DNA of 63,729 nt, the filler included, from Corallochytrium limacisporum Hawaii (lineage: Eukaryota > Protista > Pluriformea): the NCBI GenBank assembly GCA_002811645.1. It is 5 parts of 5 records of this genome, joined end to end, with 100 filler letters (N's around TTAATTAATTAA, not from the genome) between each part and the next. Parts side by side here need not be neighbours in the genome. Positions count along the whole stretch, not along the records: positions 16,558 to 31,988 come from PDIP01000123.1; positions 32,089 to 49,907 come from PDIP01000130.1; 3 more parts are not named here. One strand, 5' to 3'. Within the stretch, counting starts at the first letter, position 1; each line of letters starts with the position of its first letter. Under the pieces are notes generated by a model. That model did no database searches, had not been told where the DNA came from, and worked only from the letters and a program-made list of their open reading frames with translations. The translations under genes were made by a program, and so were the position numbers. Shown piece after piece: positions 21,701 to 32,413 of this stretch.

Positions 21701-22569
21701 AGTGTCAAAAGACGAATTGGGCCAGCCACAGGCACTGGTGCCGTGCGCCTACACCCCGTCCACTGACAAGTCCTCTGCTGGTGAAGATGCGCCCCGCTGA
21801 AGACCCACGCAAGTTTATCAGTCTCGCCACACAATACCACATGAAATCGTTCTTAAACGAGGAAGGCCAGGCAGCCCTGGCAGCCAAGAAGGGGGAGATC
21901 AAAGTTATTCTTGACCACTCGGATATTCCTGGCCTGGAGGACCAGCGCAGCATTCGCAAGGCAGTCATGCACCTCGGCATGATGACTACTAACCAGAGCA
22001 TGGCACTCCGTGAATGGCACAGCAAGGAGGTTATGGGTATCAGTGCCGACATGGCGGACTTGCTGAGCCGTGGTGACGTGTGCAATCTGTACGACTGTCT
22101 CAATGCTTACAGCCATCGCGAGCACCTAAGTGGCCAGAACCAATGGTACTGCCCGCGGTGCAAGACCCACTGTGATGCAGAAAAAACTCTGAGTCTATGG
22201 TCCCTCCCAGACGTGCTCATCGTCCACCTCAAGCGGTTCAACTTTGGTGCAAGTATGTTCCGCGGTAAGATCGAGACTTTTGTGGACGCTCCGATCCGTG
22301 GCCTCGACATGGCGCCGCACCTACCGGAGCTGGCCATCAAGCACCAAGGAGCCCACGTCTATGATCTCTACGGTGTAGTCAACCACCGTGGCAGTGCCAT
22401 GTTTGGCCATTACATTGCCTATGCCAATGTGAACCCTGGCTCTGAGGACGGTTGGTACGAGTTTGATGACAGCCGTGTGCGCAAGATTGAGGAGTTTGAG
22501 GTCATTACCCCGGCAGCCTACGTGCTATTCTACAAGCGCCGTCCTATTGTGAATGGCGCCAATCTTTGA
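18727..22569 (+). CDS. Ubiquitin-specific protease (C19) with a MYND zinc finger inside the catalytic domain (USP19-like)
   Basis: GLENLGNTCFMNS, QHDAQEF, WYCPRCK, HLKRF, YDLYGVVNHRG..GHY, WYEFDD; MYND CGNC...RCSKC..VAYCGTECQKTNWASHRHWC. Confidence 0.95.
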   Translation: MTSIEVRRRSYDVLLHYGFRSHGEEDSPDASDDSAMSPRLDSDDREVLYSSISSVETAAERHHRIYMQVVGQDPIKSILKNRFCPIYLERRASGGSGLPDFETIVEAEKTGLPRPDSSSSVDPIVDSDEEEERLTQASKSRHEESRSKRKEKAAAERAARKNEKRVSMSFRYRNASESSLQSIDFEQHESTLVRFNLGRNVVHKYKKPSKKDQRKLERARQRRLSESSDDNSSTTDDMNTSSLSDSASENSDYEDPHGEIHTPEASPRRIFDAWVKNVDSVENSIPQVLEFKSNKSGKNRKGGGQKGGEANGGGQKDHPGQNGSTNNGGNQGDKNGSDQPQQNGHAGGDGGGDGGDGDQNNGDKHGEGAAAAKRKRKRNKKKKKKKPGNQNAPAGAVGGTAEADDDEEDIWHQVGKKMQSMNIKSGRGPHDDPHHHADDEGDSDHEAGFESAKESPDRVENHEAADQGGIIYSGMSMATHALNAFYTSARSYLGGTESTGKGTQLWDVDDDFEPHTVDPDSGNVLIRRTSESSTVITEVDDETSASGQPVAINADGVTLRTRITSVAEENEDVEEWKGKFGEVMDEDDGDQDEPESGLTTLSKLASKAPSSASEMVSAIGGHSIFNRFGGGSSEGYGGAAKPGQAGLENLGNTCFMNSVIQCLSNTRELKEAFVDHPDDLVVNTSNPLGTGGALALSFGNVLNLLWSGEHSVVAPRDLKRRVGHLHAQFQGFQQHDAQEFMCFLLDGLHEDLNRIEKKPYVEAKSYDGKQALDEFARESWERYKMRNNSCIVDFFQGQLMSKLECSDCGEKSKTFDPVMYLSVPLTVKRQFALDILYVPHAQNKSGYKSEVQCIQIACEEGSTIGESLERLSELVDVPVDRLLTTLVRRRQLYAVLHDDEYLYQRDVKGTDMDIVVYGLPEGISKEQSEPEGPKDIIPDFVSYLVNISACVTDEQTECGNCGREEGALTEAGETVTLKRCSKCLNVAYCGTECQKTNWASHRHWCRAPTPRPLTSPLLVKMRPAEDPRKFISLATQYHMKSFLNEEGQAALAAKKGEIKVILDHSDIPGLEDQRSIRKAVMHLGMMTTNQSMALREWHSKEVMGISADMADLLSRGDVCNLYDCLNAYSHREHLSGQNQWYCPRCKTHCDAEKTLSLWSLPDVLIVHLKRFNFGASMFRGKIETFVDAPIRGLDMAPHLPELAIKHQGAHVYDLYGVVNHRGSAMFGHYIAYANVNPGSEDGWYEFDDSRVRKIEEFEVITPAAYVLFYKRRPIVNGANL

Positions 22570-23050
22570 ATTGCAAGACTTGCCTGTTTATTTTTACATT
22601 ACATACACTATCTGTCCACCCGTAGCCATATGTGCCATCTTGTTGCGTGTCAGTCTGCCGCTTCGGATCCACTCGCTCGCAACAACTACCACATCGTCTT
22701 TCCCCCTCCCCTCCGCGCAAACTCACAGGCGCGCCCATTGGCTGGGCACTTCTCCGCACGACTGGCAGGGGCCAGCCTGGAAAGGAAGGAAAATATCGAG
22801 GGTCGCTCCCGCCCACCCCTCAATCCCCTCTCCCCCAAGCGGCCGTGCCATGGATGACGGTGTCTGTGGCTGGAGTGACGAGTCCCAGCGCAGGAGCTTC
22901 TTTCACAGGTGCGCTATCAACACGGACGAGCGGGAACGGTTGGAAATGAAAACCGCAGCTATTTCATAGGAGTTAACCTGATACGCTATAGTGGACTCGA
23001 TGTATACGTCAGAAAGGCAAAAAGATATTGCATGTTCGGCAATACAAATC

Positions 23051-24484
23051 ATGCCGGCGGGATTACAACAGAGAAAACCAGCCAGTGCTTCCAGTCCAGA
23101 CTGGAGCTTTGCGGCACAAAAAGCAGCCAATCACGGCAATGAAAACGCAAGGTCGCATCCGGGTGAGTTTGGTGGCCCGTTTGCTACACTTGTTATGACC
23201 TGCCTCTTACCCTTTGTTGTCCTGGGTCTGTTCACCAGCTGCACTGATGGTTTCTGTTTCGGAAATCTTACGTCCTCAGAAGAGTTGGCTACAGTTAAAT
23301 ACCGGTTGACCTCCTATCTATGGGAGAGAGTAACCAACATCGACCCTACAGCCACGGTGGTAGTGGGGGCATGGATTGCTCTCCACTTCGTTCTCTACGT
23401 TGTCGTTCCGGGACCGGAGAAAGAAGGACTGCCACTTCGGGACGGAAGCGGCCGCCTGAGTTATCGCCTCAATGGCCTCAGGTGTGGTGTGATCTCCATT
23501 CTTATACTCGCTGCTGGCCACTACACGGGTATCTGGAATCTTGCCTGGCTGTATGAACGGTACTTTGACTGTGCAGTGGCAGCTTGGTTATGGAGCATGC
23601 TGCTTGCAATCTTTGTCTACATCCGTTCCTTCAGGCCAAACGCTTTGCTGGCCCTGGGAGGCAACTCGGGTTGTCCACCGTACGATTTCTTCATCGGTCG
23701 CGAACTGAATCCGCGTATCTCGAACTTCCTTGGTACAGGACATGACCTCGATCTGAAGTACGTCTGCGAACTCAGGCCGGGTCTGGTGGGTTGGGTTGTG
23801 CTCGATGTTGCGTGCATGGTCGCACGGTGGCAGAAAGATGGCACTGTGCCATTAACGGCTGTGCTCGTTTCCGCGTTCCATTCATGGTACGTTTTTGATG
23901 CGCTGGTGTCTGAAGCAAGTGTGCTCTCGACGATGGACATCACGACCGATGGCTTTGGCTTTATGCTCAGTTTTGGTGATCTCACATGGGTGCCCTTCAC
24001 GTACAGTCTCAGTGCGCGGTATCTCAGTGAGTTCACCGTGGCATCCTCCACCTCATCTTTTGATTTTGCATCGATCATCTTCACCTCTCCCGAACTCCTG
24101 ATGGCTCTACTGCTTCATGGCGTCGGCTACTACATTTTCCGCGCTAGTAACGCGCAGAAGAACCTCTTCCGTACCAATCCCAAGGATCCTGCGGTGGCCC
24201 ATTTGCAAACCATGCCAACGAAGCGGGGCACGAAGCTTCTGGTAAGTGGCTGGTGGGGAACTGCCCGGCACATCAACTACCTCGGTGACTGGATCATGTC
24301 ACTCGGATGGACCGCAGCTTGTGGCATCACGCACCTGATACCGTGGTGGTACCCGATCTATTTCGCCATTCTTCTGCTGCACCGTGAGCGTCGGGACGAT
24401 CAGCTGTGCGAGGAGAAGTACGGTAAGGACTGGGACACGTATCGCCGGCGGGTGCCCTCGCGGATCATTCCCGGCATTTACTGA
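23051..24484 (+). CDS. ERG24: Delta(14)-sterol reductase (ERG24/TM7SF2/LBR family)
   Basis: EFGGP, YDFFIGRELNPR, DITTDGFGFML.FGDL.WVPF.YS, LLVSGWWG.ARHINYLGD, RDD..C..KYG..W..Y...VP.RIIPGIY; exact start uncertain (ATG also at 23000). Confidence 0.93.
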   Translation: MPAGLQQRKPASASSPDWSFAAQKAANHGNENARSHPGEFGGPFATLVMTCLLPFVVLGLFTSCTDGFCFGNLTSSEELATVKYRLTSYLWERVTNIDPTATVVVGAWIALHFVLYVVVPGPEKEGLPLRDGSGRLSYRLNGLRCGVISILILAAGHYTGIWNLAWLYERYFDCAVAAWLWSMLLAIFVYIRSFRPNALLALGGNSGCPPYDFFIGRELNPRISNFLGTGHDLDLKYVCELRPGLVGWVVLDVACMVARWQKDGTVPLTAVLVSAFHSWYVFDALVSEASVLSTMDITTDGFGFMLSFGDLTWVPFTYSLSARYLSEFTVASSTSSFDFASIIFTSPELLMALLLHGVGYYIFRASNAQKNLFRTNPKDPAVAHLQTMPTKRGTKLLVSGWWGTARHINYLGDWIMSLGWTAACGITHLIPWWYPIYFAILLLHRERRDDQLCEEKYGKDWDTYRRRVPSRIIPGIY

Positions 24485-24957
24485 GTGCCCTTGGGGACAA
24501 GGCACCGGGAAGCACTACATACATTCATATCCTGACATGTCATTTTGTGAATATTCTCGCAGTATCTACCACACGTATTTTATAACCGGACTATCTGAAA
24601 CACCCCCTTCCCGTCCACAACAGTAAATAGAGCCCCCTTTTTTCGCGGTCCTAACGCGGGAAACGTGAAGGGGGAGGGGGGAGCATTGGGCTCCCCCGTG
24701 AAAAAAGTCGACGGCCAGAAGGTCTCGCTTTTGCACCAACCAGCGACTCCCGCCGTTTTCGAGACGTTTGCGAAGGTTTTTGAATGTGACTGCAATTCCA
24801 TGGTATCCTTGACATTCAAGAGCCCAGAGCAGGAGACACGAGTCATTTCGAGTCAAAGATAATACTGCATTTTAGGACTCAAGGCACATAGTTATGGAAG
24901 GATACGGCTGACTGGAAAGCACCTCGTGCTTATTACTAGTTCAGACCAAACAGAATC

Positions 24958-27153
24958 ATGGCCAGCGGTGTCTATACTTCACCACGGCCGCACCGACACA
25001 GGGGTTATGGTTTATACGATGAAGATGATCTGCGGGGGAGCATTGTTAGTCCCCTGTCCGAGCCACGGCGCTTCGAACCGTCTGGATGGACAGGTCTTGC
25101 AGACTCTCAGGACAGCAGGAAAGGGTACGGATTTGCGAGCACTGCCGAAGTAGAGAACACAGCATCACCGATCACATCGGCTGCTGCACGCAAAACAAGT
25201 AAATCACCGACCCCGTCTCCACAGAAGGTAGAGGACATGGTCAATTTCGGAAAAGGAGACCACCACGAGAGTCTTCTTGAAGGAAAGCAGGACACTCTGG
25301 CCAGCATATTAGAATCACTTGCCATTCGTGATGCAGAGCTCGTAGCTACTGAAGCAGCCGAGCGAAGGGTCACACTTCAACAGTGGCACAGGAAGACAGC
25401 GGAAGAGTTTGCGGATTCTGCCGGCGGCCCTGTGATAACACCAACGATCAGTGATCCTGCCGACCAAGCGATCGCAGCCTCCGCATACGAAAAGGCCTAC
25501 GCCCGTATTAAAGAGCACGAAATCAAATCGCAGAAACGGAGATTGGGCCTTCTGCAGCGCACTGGACAGATTGAAGCGGATATTCAGAGGCGGCGCCAGT
25601 TGCAACAGGTTGCCATGGCCCGGGACAACTTTGTTGCAGAATACGAGGGAAAGATCAAGGGTGTGTTGGCCAAGAAGCGAGCAGAGTATGAGGGTAATCT
25701 GAACAAATCCTTTACAAACATGGTTGAAGTACTGAAGAAGCAGTTTACAGAACAGAAAGAATTGGAGCCGGTGAAGGACAAAATTGCAGATATTGTGGAT
25801 GCCACGTCGGCGACTCTGCAGCGGGACTTTCTCGATCCCATGCAAGAGTCACTGCGCAAGGATAAGCAGAAGGAGGTGGGAATCGTCTCCAAATACTTGG
25901 CCGAAGCTGCGGGCGTGCTCAATAGCGAGGGTGCGAATGTACAGTCTGGAGCCCTGCAGGCCGCAATCGAGGGTGCTGAGGCAGCCAAGAACGGTCTGCG
26001 GGAACTAAAGAAGGAACTCCAGGCGCACTATTCTTCTGTGCAGACCAAGATGAGCGAGGCGATCGAGAAATCGCATCCCCTGATCACCGCAGAGCTGCAG
26101 AAACAGCTTGAGGCCACGACCGGTGCAAAGAAGGAGGCTGCCGCCAAGTTACCAGACTCAACGAAGGCGGATACCAAGACCGCGGAATCTTCAGCCGGAA
26201 CTGCCGCGGCTCCTGACTCTGTAAGTGTATCGACGGAGACCTGGAAGAGCCCGGCAAGTGAATACAAGGAGCTTGAAGCCATCCTTCTGCCCGTGCAGGC
26301 CAAAATGCGCGCCTTCCTAGCCGACAAGAGCAAAGGAAAAGACAGGTTGGCCGCCAAGAAGGTGATCAATAAGGCGGTCAATCAGATTGCTGACAAGCAA
26401 TCCTTTGTGCTGGAAAAGGTTAACATATTTGTGCAGACCATTCAGAACGCGGCACAGATGAGCGACGATTTCAAAGCCTACGTCATGGATCTCATGTCCT
26501 CATCGCTGGTGCGTCAGGGCGAAGCACAAGTCAGTAAGGCCCAAAACAGTGCCTATCCTATTGCTGCGGTGATGGCTGGTGTGGCTGAGAAAGTGCCGGA
26601 AATGATTCCCCTCTACCGGGCGCACTTTGTGAAACGCTGTCCGTTCTGCCTGCCCATCATCCACAGCAGCGCGGACTTTCCGTCGAAGAACGCTTGGCGC
26701 CAAGCGATGGGCTTCGACGACCGAGAGCCTGACCCAGACGACCCGGGACCGAAGGAAGTGGAGCTCGAGAAGAACGGTCCTTACACCATCCGCATGTCTG
26801 GCTACATTGCCCTCTATGCGGCTTTGCTACAGAATGAATACTACGACCAGGAGAAGAAACTCCTACCCATGAGCCTGACCTGGACCTGGTTTGCGCGCAT
26901 ATTGAACGCTGAGCCGCATCCGATCAATGTCTTCATGATGGTTATCTTCCTCGAAGTGGCCGGCCATCAAATGTCCCAGTGCTACGGCCGGCAAATGAAG
27001 AAGCTTATGGCCCTACTACGGGACGAGTACTTAACGAAGCGCATGCACAAGGAGACCGAGGATGCGCACGTGGCCCGTCTAAAGGCCCTGCTAAAGGATT
27101 ACTTTTCAAAGGGCACCTTTGGAGATCCAAAGGCTAGGCTTTTGGCGCCATAG
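24958..27153 (+). CDS. GLE1: mRNA export factor GLE1
   Basis: Coiled-coil N-terminal half; C-terminal GLE1 domain motifs QGEAQV...AYPIAAV, CPFCLP, RMSGYIALYAA, WTWFARILN, FLEVAG...YGRQ. Confidence 0.88.
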   Translation: MASGVYTSPRPHRHRGYGLYDEDDLRGSIVSPLSEPRRFEPSGWTGLADSQDSRKGYGFASTAEVENTASPITSAAARKTSKSPTPSPQKVEDMVNFGKGDHHESLLEGKQDTLASILESLAIRDAELVATEAAERRVTLQQWHRKTAEEFADSAGGPVITPTISDPADQAIAASAYEKAYARIKEHEIKSQKRRLGLLQRTGQIEADIQRRRQLQQVAMARDNFVAEYEGKIKGVLAKKRAEYEGNLNKSFTNMVEVLKKQFTEQKELEPVKDKIADIVDATSATLQRDFLDPMQESLRKDKQKEVGIVSKYLAEAAGVLNSEGANVQSGALQAAIEGAEAAKNGLRELKKELQAHYSSVQTKMSEAIEKSHPLITAELQKQLEATTGAKKEAAAKLPDSTKADTKTAESSAGTAAAPDSVSVSTETWKSPASEYKELEAILLPVQAKMRAFLADKSKGKDRLAAKKVINKAVNQIADKQSFVLEKVNIFVQTIQNAAQMSDDFKAYVMDLMSSSLVRQGEAQVSKAQNSAYPIAAVMAGVAEKVPEMIPLYRAHFVKRCPFCLPIIHSSADFPSKNAWRQAMGFDDREPDPDDPGPKEVELEKNGPYTIRMSGYIALYAALLQNEYYDQEKKLLPMSLTWTWFARILNAEPHPINVFMMVIFLEVAGHQMSQCYGRQMKKLMALLRDEYLTKRMHKETEDAHVARLKALLKDYFSKGTFGDPKARLLAP

Positions 27154-27370
27154 GAAGTCACCACGAAGTACATGAAAGTAAATAGAACAATAGATTTTGC
27201 ATTGAACGATGATCGTGGTGTTTGGAGGATTCCATTTCTATATTGTCCTTTATATCTCCTTGTTCTACATCATTCTTGTCTAGGTTTGGTTATTTTCGTT
27301 TCTTTAAATGGATGCTTTCCCTGGAAAGCAACAAATTCGATAGTAATACAGTTGTTGGGTTGGATTTCTT

Positions 27371-29653
27371 TTACTCTTCGACCTCCACAGATGCAGGACG
27401 TAGGATCGCGCGGTGCAAGACATTTATGTACTTTCCCGGCAGGTGATGGCTAATCATACCGCCCGCAAAGACAACATCCTTAAAGTCCGGTCCGTGCGCC
27501 TGAGCTACGGATACACAACTGCGACCGTCGTTGGCATGGTGAGTTTCGGTGAACCAGTAGACCAGACCTGGAGGGTGCAGTTTCTCGTGGTGGCGGACTT
27601 CTCTATCCAGTGAATTCAGCACACTGCGTGCCCAGTCCTGGAGCTCCTGCAGCTCTTCATCGGTGGCAGATTGCAAGGATCTCATTTGCCATCGGTTGGC
27701 AATTTCTTTGACAAAACCGTGCGTGTGCAGGTAGTATGTGCTGTCACGGAGGTCGACCACGGAACCGAGGGACAGGCGACACACCAGGTCCTCGTCCATG
27801 ATGATGGATGTGATAAACTCCTCAACCTCAATGCCCATTCTGCCGTCCATGGTGCATGGGGTGGCGAAGCACATGGCACGCACATCGGCAGAGAAGCTTA
27901 CTTCGCTCTCAATACACCTCCAGTAGAGTGCTAGCAGGCTGGCCACGCCGGCACCGAGCGAGTGACCACAAAGCACGATCGGGTGGCTCGGGTACATCGC
28001 CCTAAGCTCCTCAATCAATGGTTGGAGTTCTCGGTGAAGGACCATCGCCGCGCGAAGCATGCCGTCGTGGACCTTACCACTGTAGAAATTGCCGTTGGCA
28101 GCGTCAGTACCCTCAAAGTAGACAGGTGTCGACACAAGGTCAGTGAGGACATCACCTGCACTCGCGGTGCCGCGAATACCCACAACGATCGACTCGCTGA
28201 CATTGTCGAGGGCGACGAAGTGGGCGGGATAGTACTGTGAAGTTTTGTAGTGGCAGTGCAGCAGGTCGTCCGGGGAGATATTCGCATAGACGCAGATCAA
28301 CTCTTCATTGCTCAGTCCAATATTCGCCGACGGATGGTTATCACTTTGAACACCGTAGACAGGACCGACGCGGCCGTAGGCAGCCATGGCAAAGCGGGCA
28401 AAGTGCCTGACTTCACCAAGGTGGAACTTTTCTGGGTCGACAGGGCGAGTAACAATTTGCGGCGGCGCCATGAGGTGCAGCCAAGTCAGTGCCCGGAGCG
28501 CCTGGAGCTCATCCAATAAACCGAGCCTTGGTGCGATCAGCTCCCGTAGTTTGCTCAAAGAGCACCACGTCTGAACGACTTCCTTGCCGTACCACTCCAG
28601 ATCACTGGCGTTGTTCTCGAGATACGTGGCAAGAGCCTTTTCAAAGAAACTCATGCTCATGGTGGTGCCCTTGAGGGCGACTTTAGTGATGCCCTGGCCC
28701 ATCCAGAGTCCGCCGGATGTTGCAACGTTAACTGTTCGCATGGTCGCTGACACCGCACTGGCTGCAACGCTTAGCGTACTTAGCACACCACCAAAGAAGT
28801 TCAAGGTATCTGGGCTGACCTGAGGTCCTGGTCCCTGTTGACGCTCGATTATTTGCATCGCCTGCTCGGTGTCCAGTTCCGAAGGTTCATGCTGGTCCTC
28901 TTCTACACCCTCCATTTCGTCTAATTCATGATGGTACTCTTCTGGATGCGATTGAGAACTCGACTGGCAGCTGTCAGAATGACTGAACTCGTCGGACAGG
29001 CGCTTCATATGTTCTGCCTGATCAGTGAGAATCACACTGCTCTTCTCTGCAATATCTGCGATGCCATTGAAGATGGTTGACGTGGTCCAGGTGGCAATGT
29101 CAAATGCCTGATGGGTCACCCTGGCACCGATATCCACACCCACTCGACTTGTCCCCAATGCGACCGTAATTGCACCAAGCACCGAGTTTAGATTCGCATC
29201 TGGCCCTTCCTGGCCGCCCAAAGAAGCCGTAGAGTCTGTAACGCTGGCCTCTTCGACCCCAGCTTGTTCTCCCTCTTCGGGAATGGCTGCACTGAGCTCA
29301 TCCAGTTGTCCGTCGCTGTTGATATTCTCCATGGCAAAGAGGGATTCCAGAGCATTCAGAGTTGCAGTGAAATTGATGTCGTCTGTAGACATTTGGTCCA
29401 TTGGCACACCCTGGATGAGAGTCTCTTCGTCGCTACCGTCGTTCGCATAAAGGTTGAAGCATTCATCGGCCATTGCCCGCTGTCGTTCCGATTCCGTTTT
29501 TACCCGAGGTTGTGGAGTAGATGTCCTCGAGACCGGCAAAGAAATCCCATAGTCCCCACCTGCATTTGCAGGGGTCTGCTCGATAGTGCCGTCACTTTGG
29601 CTCATCTTGCTGGACATGCTGTCGGAACCCAAGTCTGTATTGCTAGTCCGCAT
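27371..29653 (-). CDS. Lipase class 3 (sn1-DAG-lipase-like) with long N-terminal extension
   Basis: FAMAAYG, IVVGIRGT...DVLTDL, VHDGML, GHSLGAG nucleophile motif, DLVCRLS, H(H)LP..Y. Confidence 0.9.
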   Translation of the reverse strand: MRTSNTDLGSDSMSSKMSQSDGTIEQTPANAGGDYGISLPVSRTSTPQPRVKTESERQRAMADECFNLYANDGSDEETLIQGVPMDQMSTDDINFTATLNALESLFAMENINSDGQLDELSAAIPEEGEQAGVEEASVTDSTASLGGQEGPDANLNSVLGAITVALGTSRVGVDIGARVTHQAFDIATWTTSTIFNGIADIAEKSSVILTDQAEHMKRLSDEFSHSDSCQSSSQSHPEEYHHELDEMEGVEEDQHEPSELDTEQAMQIIERQQGPGPQVSPDTLNFFGGVLSTLSVAASAVSATMRTVNVATSGGLWMGQGITKVALKGTTMSMSFFEKALATYLENNASDLEWYGKEVVQTWCSLSKLRELIAPRLGLLDELQALRALTWLHLMAPPQIVTRPVDPEKFHLGEVRHFARFAMAAYGRVGPVYGVQSDNHPSANIGLSNEELICVYANISPDDLLHCHYKTSQYYPAHFVALDNVSESIVVGIRGTASAGDVLTDLVSTPVYFEGTDAANGNFYSGKVHDGMLRAAMVLHRELQPLIEELRAMYPSHPIVLCGHSLGAGVASLLALYWRCIESEVSFSADVRAMCFATPCTMDGRMGIEVEEFITSIIMDEDLVCRLSLGSVVDLRDSTYYLHTHGFVKEIANRWQMRSLQSATDEELQELQDWARSVLNSLDREVRHHEKLHPPGLVYWFTETHHANDGRSCVSVAQAHGPDFKDVVFAGGMISHHLPGKYINVLHRAILRPASVEVEE

Positions 29654-31912
29654 TGCGCGTTTTCTGTTCGTGTCTTGCTCTGTGTTTCTGGACTTGCAGG
29701 CTACCTGATGCAGGTATACCCATGAGCTATTTTAACTGCTGAGCTCACCGATACAGAAACACACTTTCTAGAACGATTATTTTGTTAGCGTACCTGCGTT
29801 TTCAGTGCAGGATCACCCGGTTGAGAGACGGTCCCAACACATTAAGTCTTTCCCATGATACGTGGGCTGATGTACCTTTACTGTTCGGAGAGGATTGCGG
29901 AAACCCACTGTATTTCCATTCCACCCCAAAGGCACCCAAATGTGGATGAATTTTCAAGTCCAGGCAGTACATCGGTGCCTGCGTAGTCAAGTTTCTGTCG
30001 TAGTCAACGACAGAGACAACACGTCTGTGCACCTTGGTCAAAGACTCTCGGCGAAAGGTTTGGTGTCGGTTACCTCTCCCCCAAATCCCCAAACTAACCC
30101 CTCTCCCTTACTTTAGACGGAGAGGGCGAAACATCTCTCCCAGTGGAGCAAACCGGTTGTCAATCGCTGTATATTGACAATGAGGAATCCGAATTCTGTC
30201 CTGCAAGAGACCTAGTGCACCATACCAAGCCCTTGAAGCCGGCGCGAAGCGCGCAGGACAGGCTTTGTCTCCAACTTGCTTTGCCGTCGATCTCTCCCCC
30301 CAAATTTCCAGCAAGAGTGGCTCTGGACACAATGCCAAACACCTCGGGTGTAAAGCTCATTCCCTATCTGAGCAGATGAGATCGAAGGGTCACAAGAGAC
30401 CTGAGCAGGAAAGTAGGGGCGCGTGAGGTCTCGCCATCTTGACAGCAACCAAAGGAAACTCACACTCTCCGTTAGAAACTCATGAACCCAGTTACATGCA
30501 TGCACACACAATGACACAGAAGAGTGGTACTGAGACATACTAGAGGACGTCACTGACGAAAGCGAACCGATCAGGAAAAGTGCCGTGTGTACAGCGCAAG
30601 CTTCCCCCCCCAAAAAAGATCTGCCGTTTCGTTCAATCAAATCGAAATATGAAGTATAGAATCAGGCACCAGCAGCCATTTTTTCATGAAAAATGTATAG
30701 ATTGTTTTGATTCATATAAAACATTCTGCGCACCCAACACGTACCCTTGCTTCCGGGTTCCGTGGCAGTTTTGAAGCGGAGAGTTCCGCGGGTGTGGCAG
30801 TGAAGGGGGAAAAGGTGGACCGTCGTTGCTGCGGCAAGTTCTCCGAACCGGAAGATGGACCTGCTTACTTCGTCCTTGGGCATCCTCATCAACATCTTAC
30901 ATCCAGTCGGATTGTGGTCAACGGATAAAACAGCTGTGGAATTTGGTATTAGTCGTCACCTATAATGGTCTTTATGCAATATTCCCCATGGACAGTATCC
31001 GCAGATTGAGTCCTGAACCGCTGCCAGGGGACTTTCCCAGCTGTCGTCGTGTCACCCCTACCACCGCCCGCCCCCTCGTGACTCCGGCTCGATTCTGTTC
31101 TTACCGCCCAAAACTTCGTCAATACCCTTTGTACCACAAATAATCGCATTTCAAACAGATCACGGACGAGTAGTCGAAAATTGGAACGCAGAGCGGGGCA
31201 CTGGAAGCAGCACTCCTTCAACGAGAACACTGGCCAAATTAGCGGAACGCTGTCGAATCAAATATTACTGCAGAAAACTACGTGTCAAAATGAACTCAAT
31301 TTGGCCATAGCCTGTGGTAGTGGCAGGGTCGGTCTTCTCAGATGACCGGCTTAGCCCGCAACGATCGTATTTGGGGTCAACTGTTTGATTAGCACCGACC
31401 TTCGCGGACACATCAACGGATAATCGTCCAAGGCCACGTACAATGATGTGTCGCTCTGGGTTTGCGTGCACGAGTAATGGTCTGGAAAGAACATCACCGT
31501 GACGTCGAAGGAACTGCGCATAAGGGACACATATATCAAATCTGCAGTTTTTGGGGCACGGAGGTAGTGCGCGGATGACATGACCGGTGCAACGGCAGAG
31601 GAGCTTCAACATGTAACTTCCCCATGCAGAATTCCTTCGCTAGAGCATTTTGATGGCAAGAACAAAAATTGCAGAACTCAGCGGTAGATGTTTCGCGCAA
31701 ATGCCTGTGGTGGCCGGACACGAAACGAGAGACCCAACTATTGACATACAGCGGAGAACTCGCACCAGGACCACTCACACTGTGTCCCCACGGATTACCT
31801 GCGCACTCAGCGCGACAATGCTTTTTCTTCGTATCCGCGGGAAGTCGCAGTGCCCGGTCAGTGCACCGGCCTCCTCGGTTGGACCACCAGGACCCAATTA
31901 TTCATAATGAAG

Positions 31913-31988
31913 TACCACCCTCTGTCTGGGAATATTGTATCAAATCTACTCTTTTTGATTTAGCTCTGCCGTCGCTTGGGAGAGCGGG
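31913..31988 (+). mobile_element. Second copy of the TA|CCACCCTCTGTCTG element end
   Basis: 74/76 identical to 16380-16455; similarity stops one base 5' of the TA; runs into the gap. Confidence 0.75.
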
Positions 31989-32088
31989 NNNNNNNNNNNN
32001 NNNNNNNNNNNNNNNNNNNNNNNNNNNNNNNNTTAATTAATTAANNNNNNNNNNNNNNNNNNNNNNNNNNNNNNNNNNNNNNNNNNNN
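31989..32088. other. Artificial contig linker
   Basis: 44N-TTAATTAATTAA-44N. Confidence 0.97.
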
Positions 32089-32099
32089 AACCCTAACCC
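32089..32099 (-). repeat. Short telomere-like repeat at the start of contig 3
   Basis: aaccctaaccc exactly at the contig edge. Confidence 0.45.
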
Positions 32100-32413
32100 C
32101 CCAAATTGGCACCAGCTATCCAGATGGTTCCGATTATATCGAAGACTATAAGGATTTGCCAGGAGAAAAGAACCATGAGACTTGGAATAGCGTGCTCACC
32201 CATGTGGAAGGGTATTCTATGGGTGAACCAGTTTGGATCCATCTCTGGGTACAGTATGGCCTCGGTTCCTCTTGGACACTCGGCAAGAATCAAACAGTTA
32301 CTCTTCCGGAGGAGACCGGACGCAAAGAGAATTTGAAGATTAATTTTCCACCTGATCCGATGGACTATGATAACTGCATGTCGTGCACTGTGTATTATCA
32401 CACTTCTTGCTGA
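32090..32413 (+). pseudogene. 5'-truncated coding fragment (about 107 codons, unknown protein)
   Basis: Frame open from the contig edge to TGA 32413 with protein-like composition (..YPDGSDYIEDYKDLPGEKNHETW..CMSCTVYYHTSC). Confidence 0.4.
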
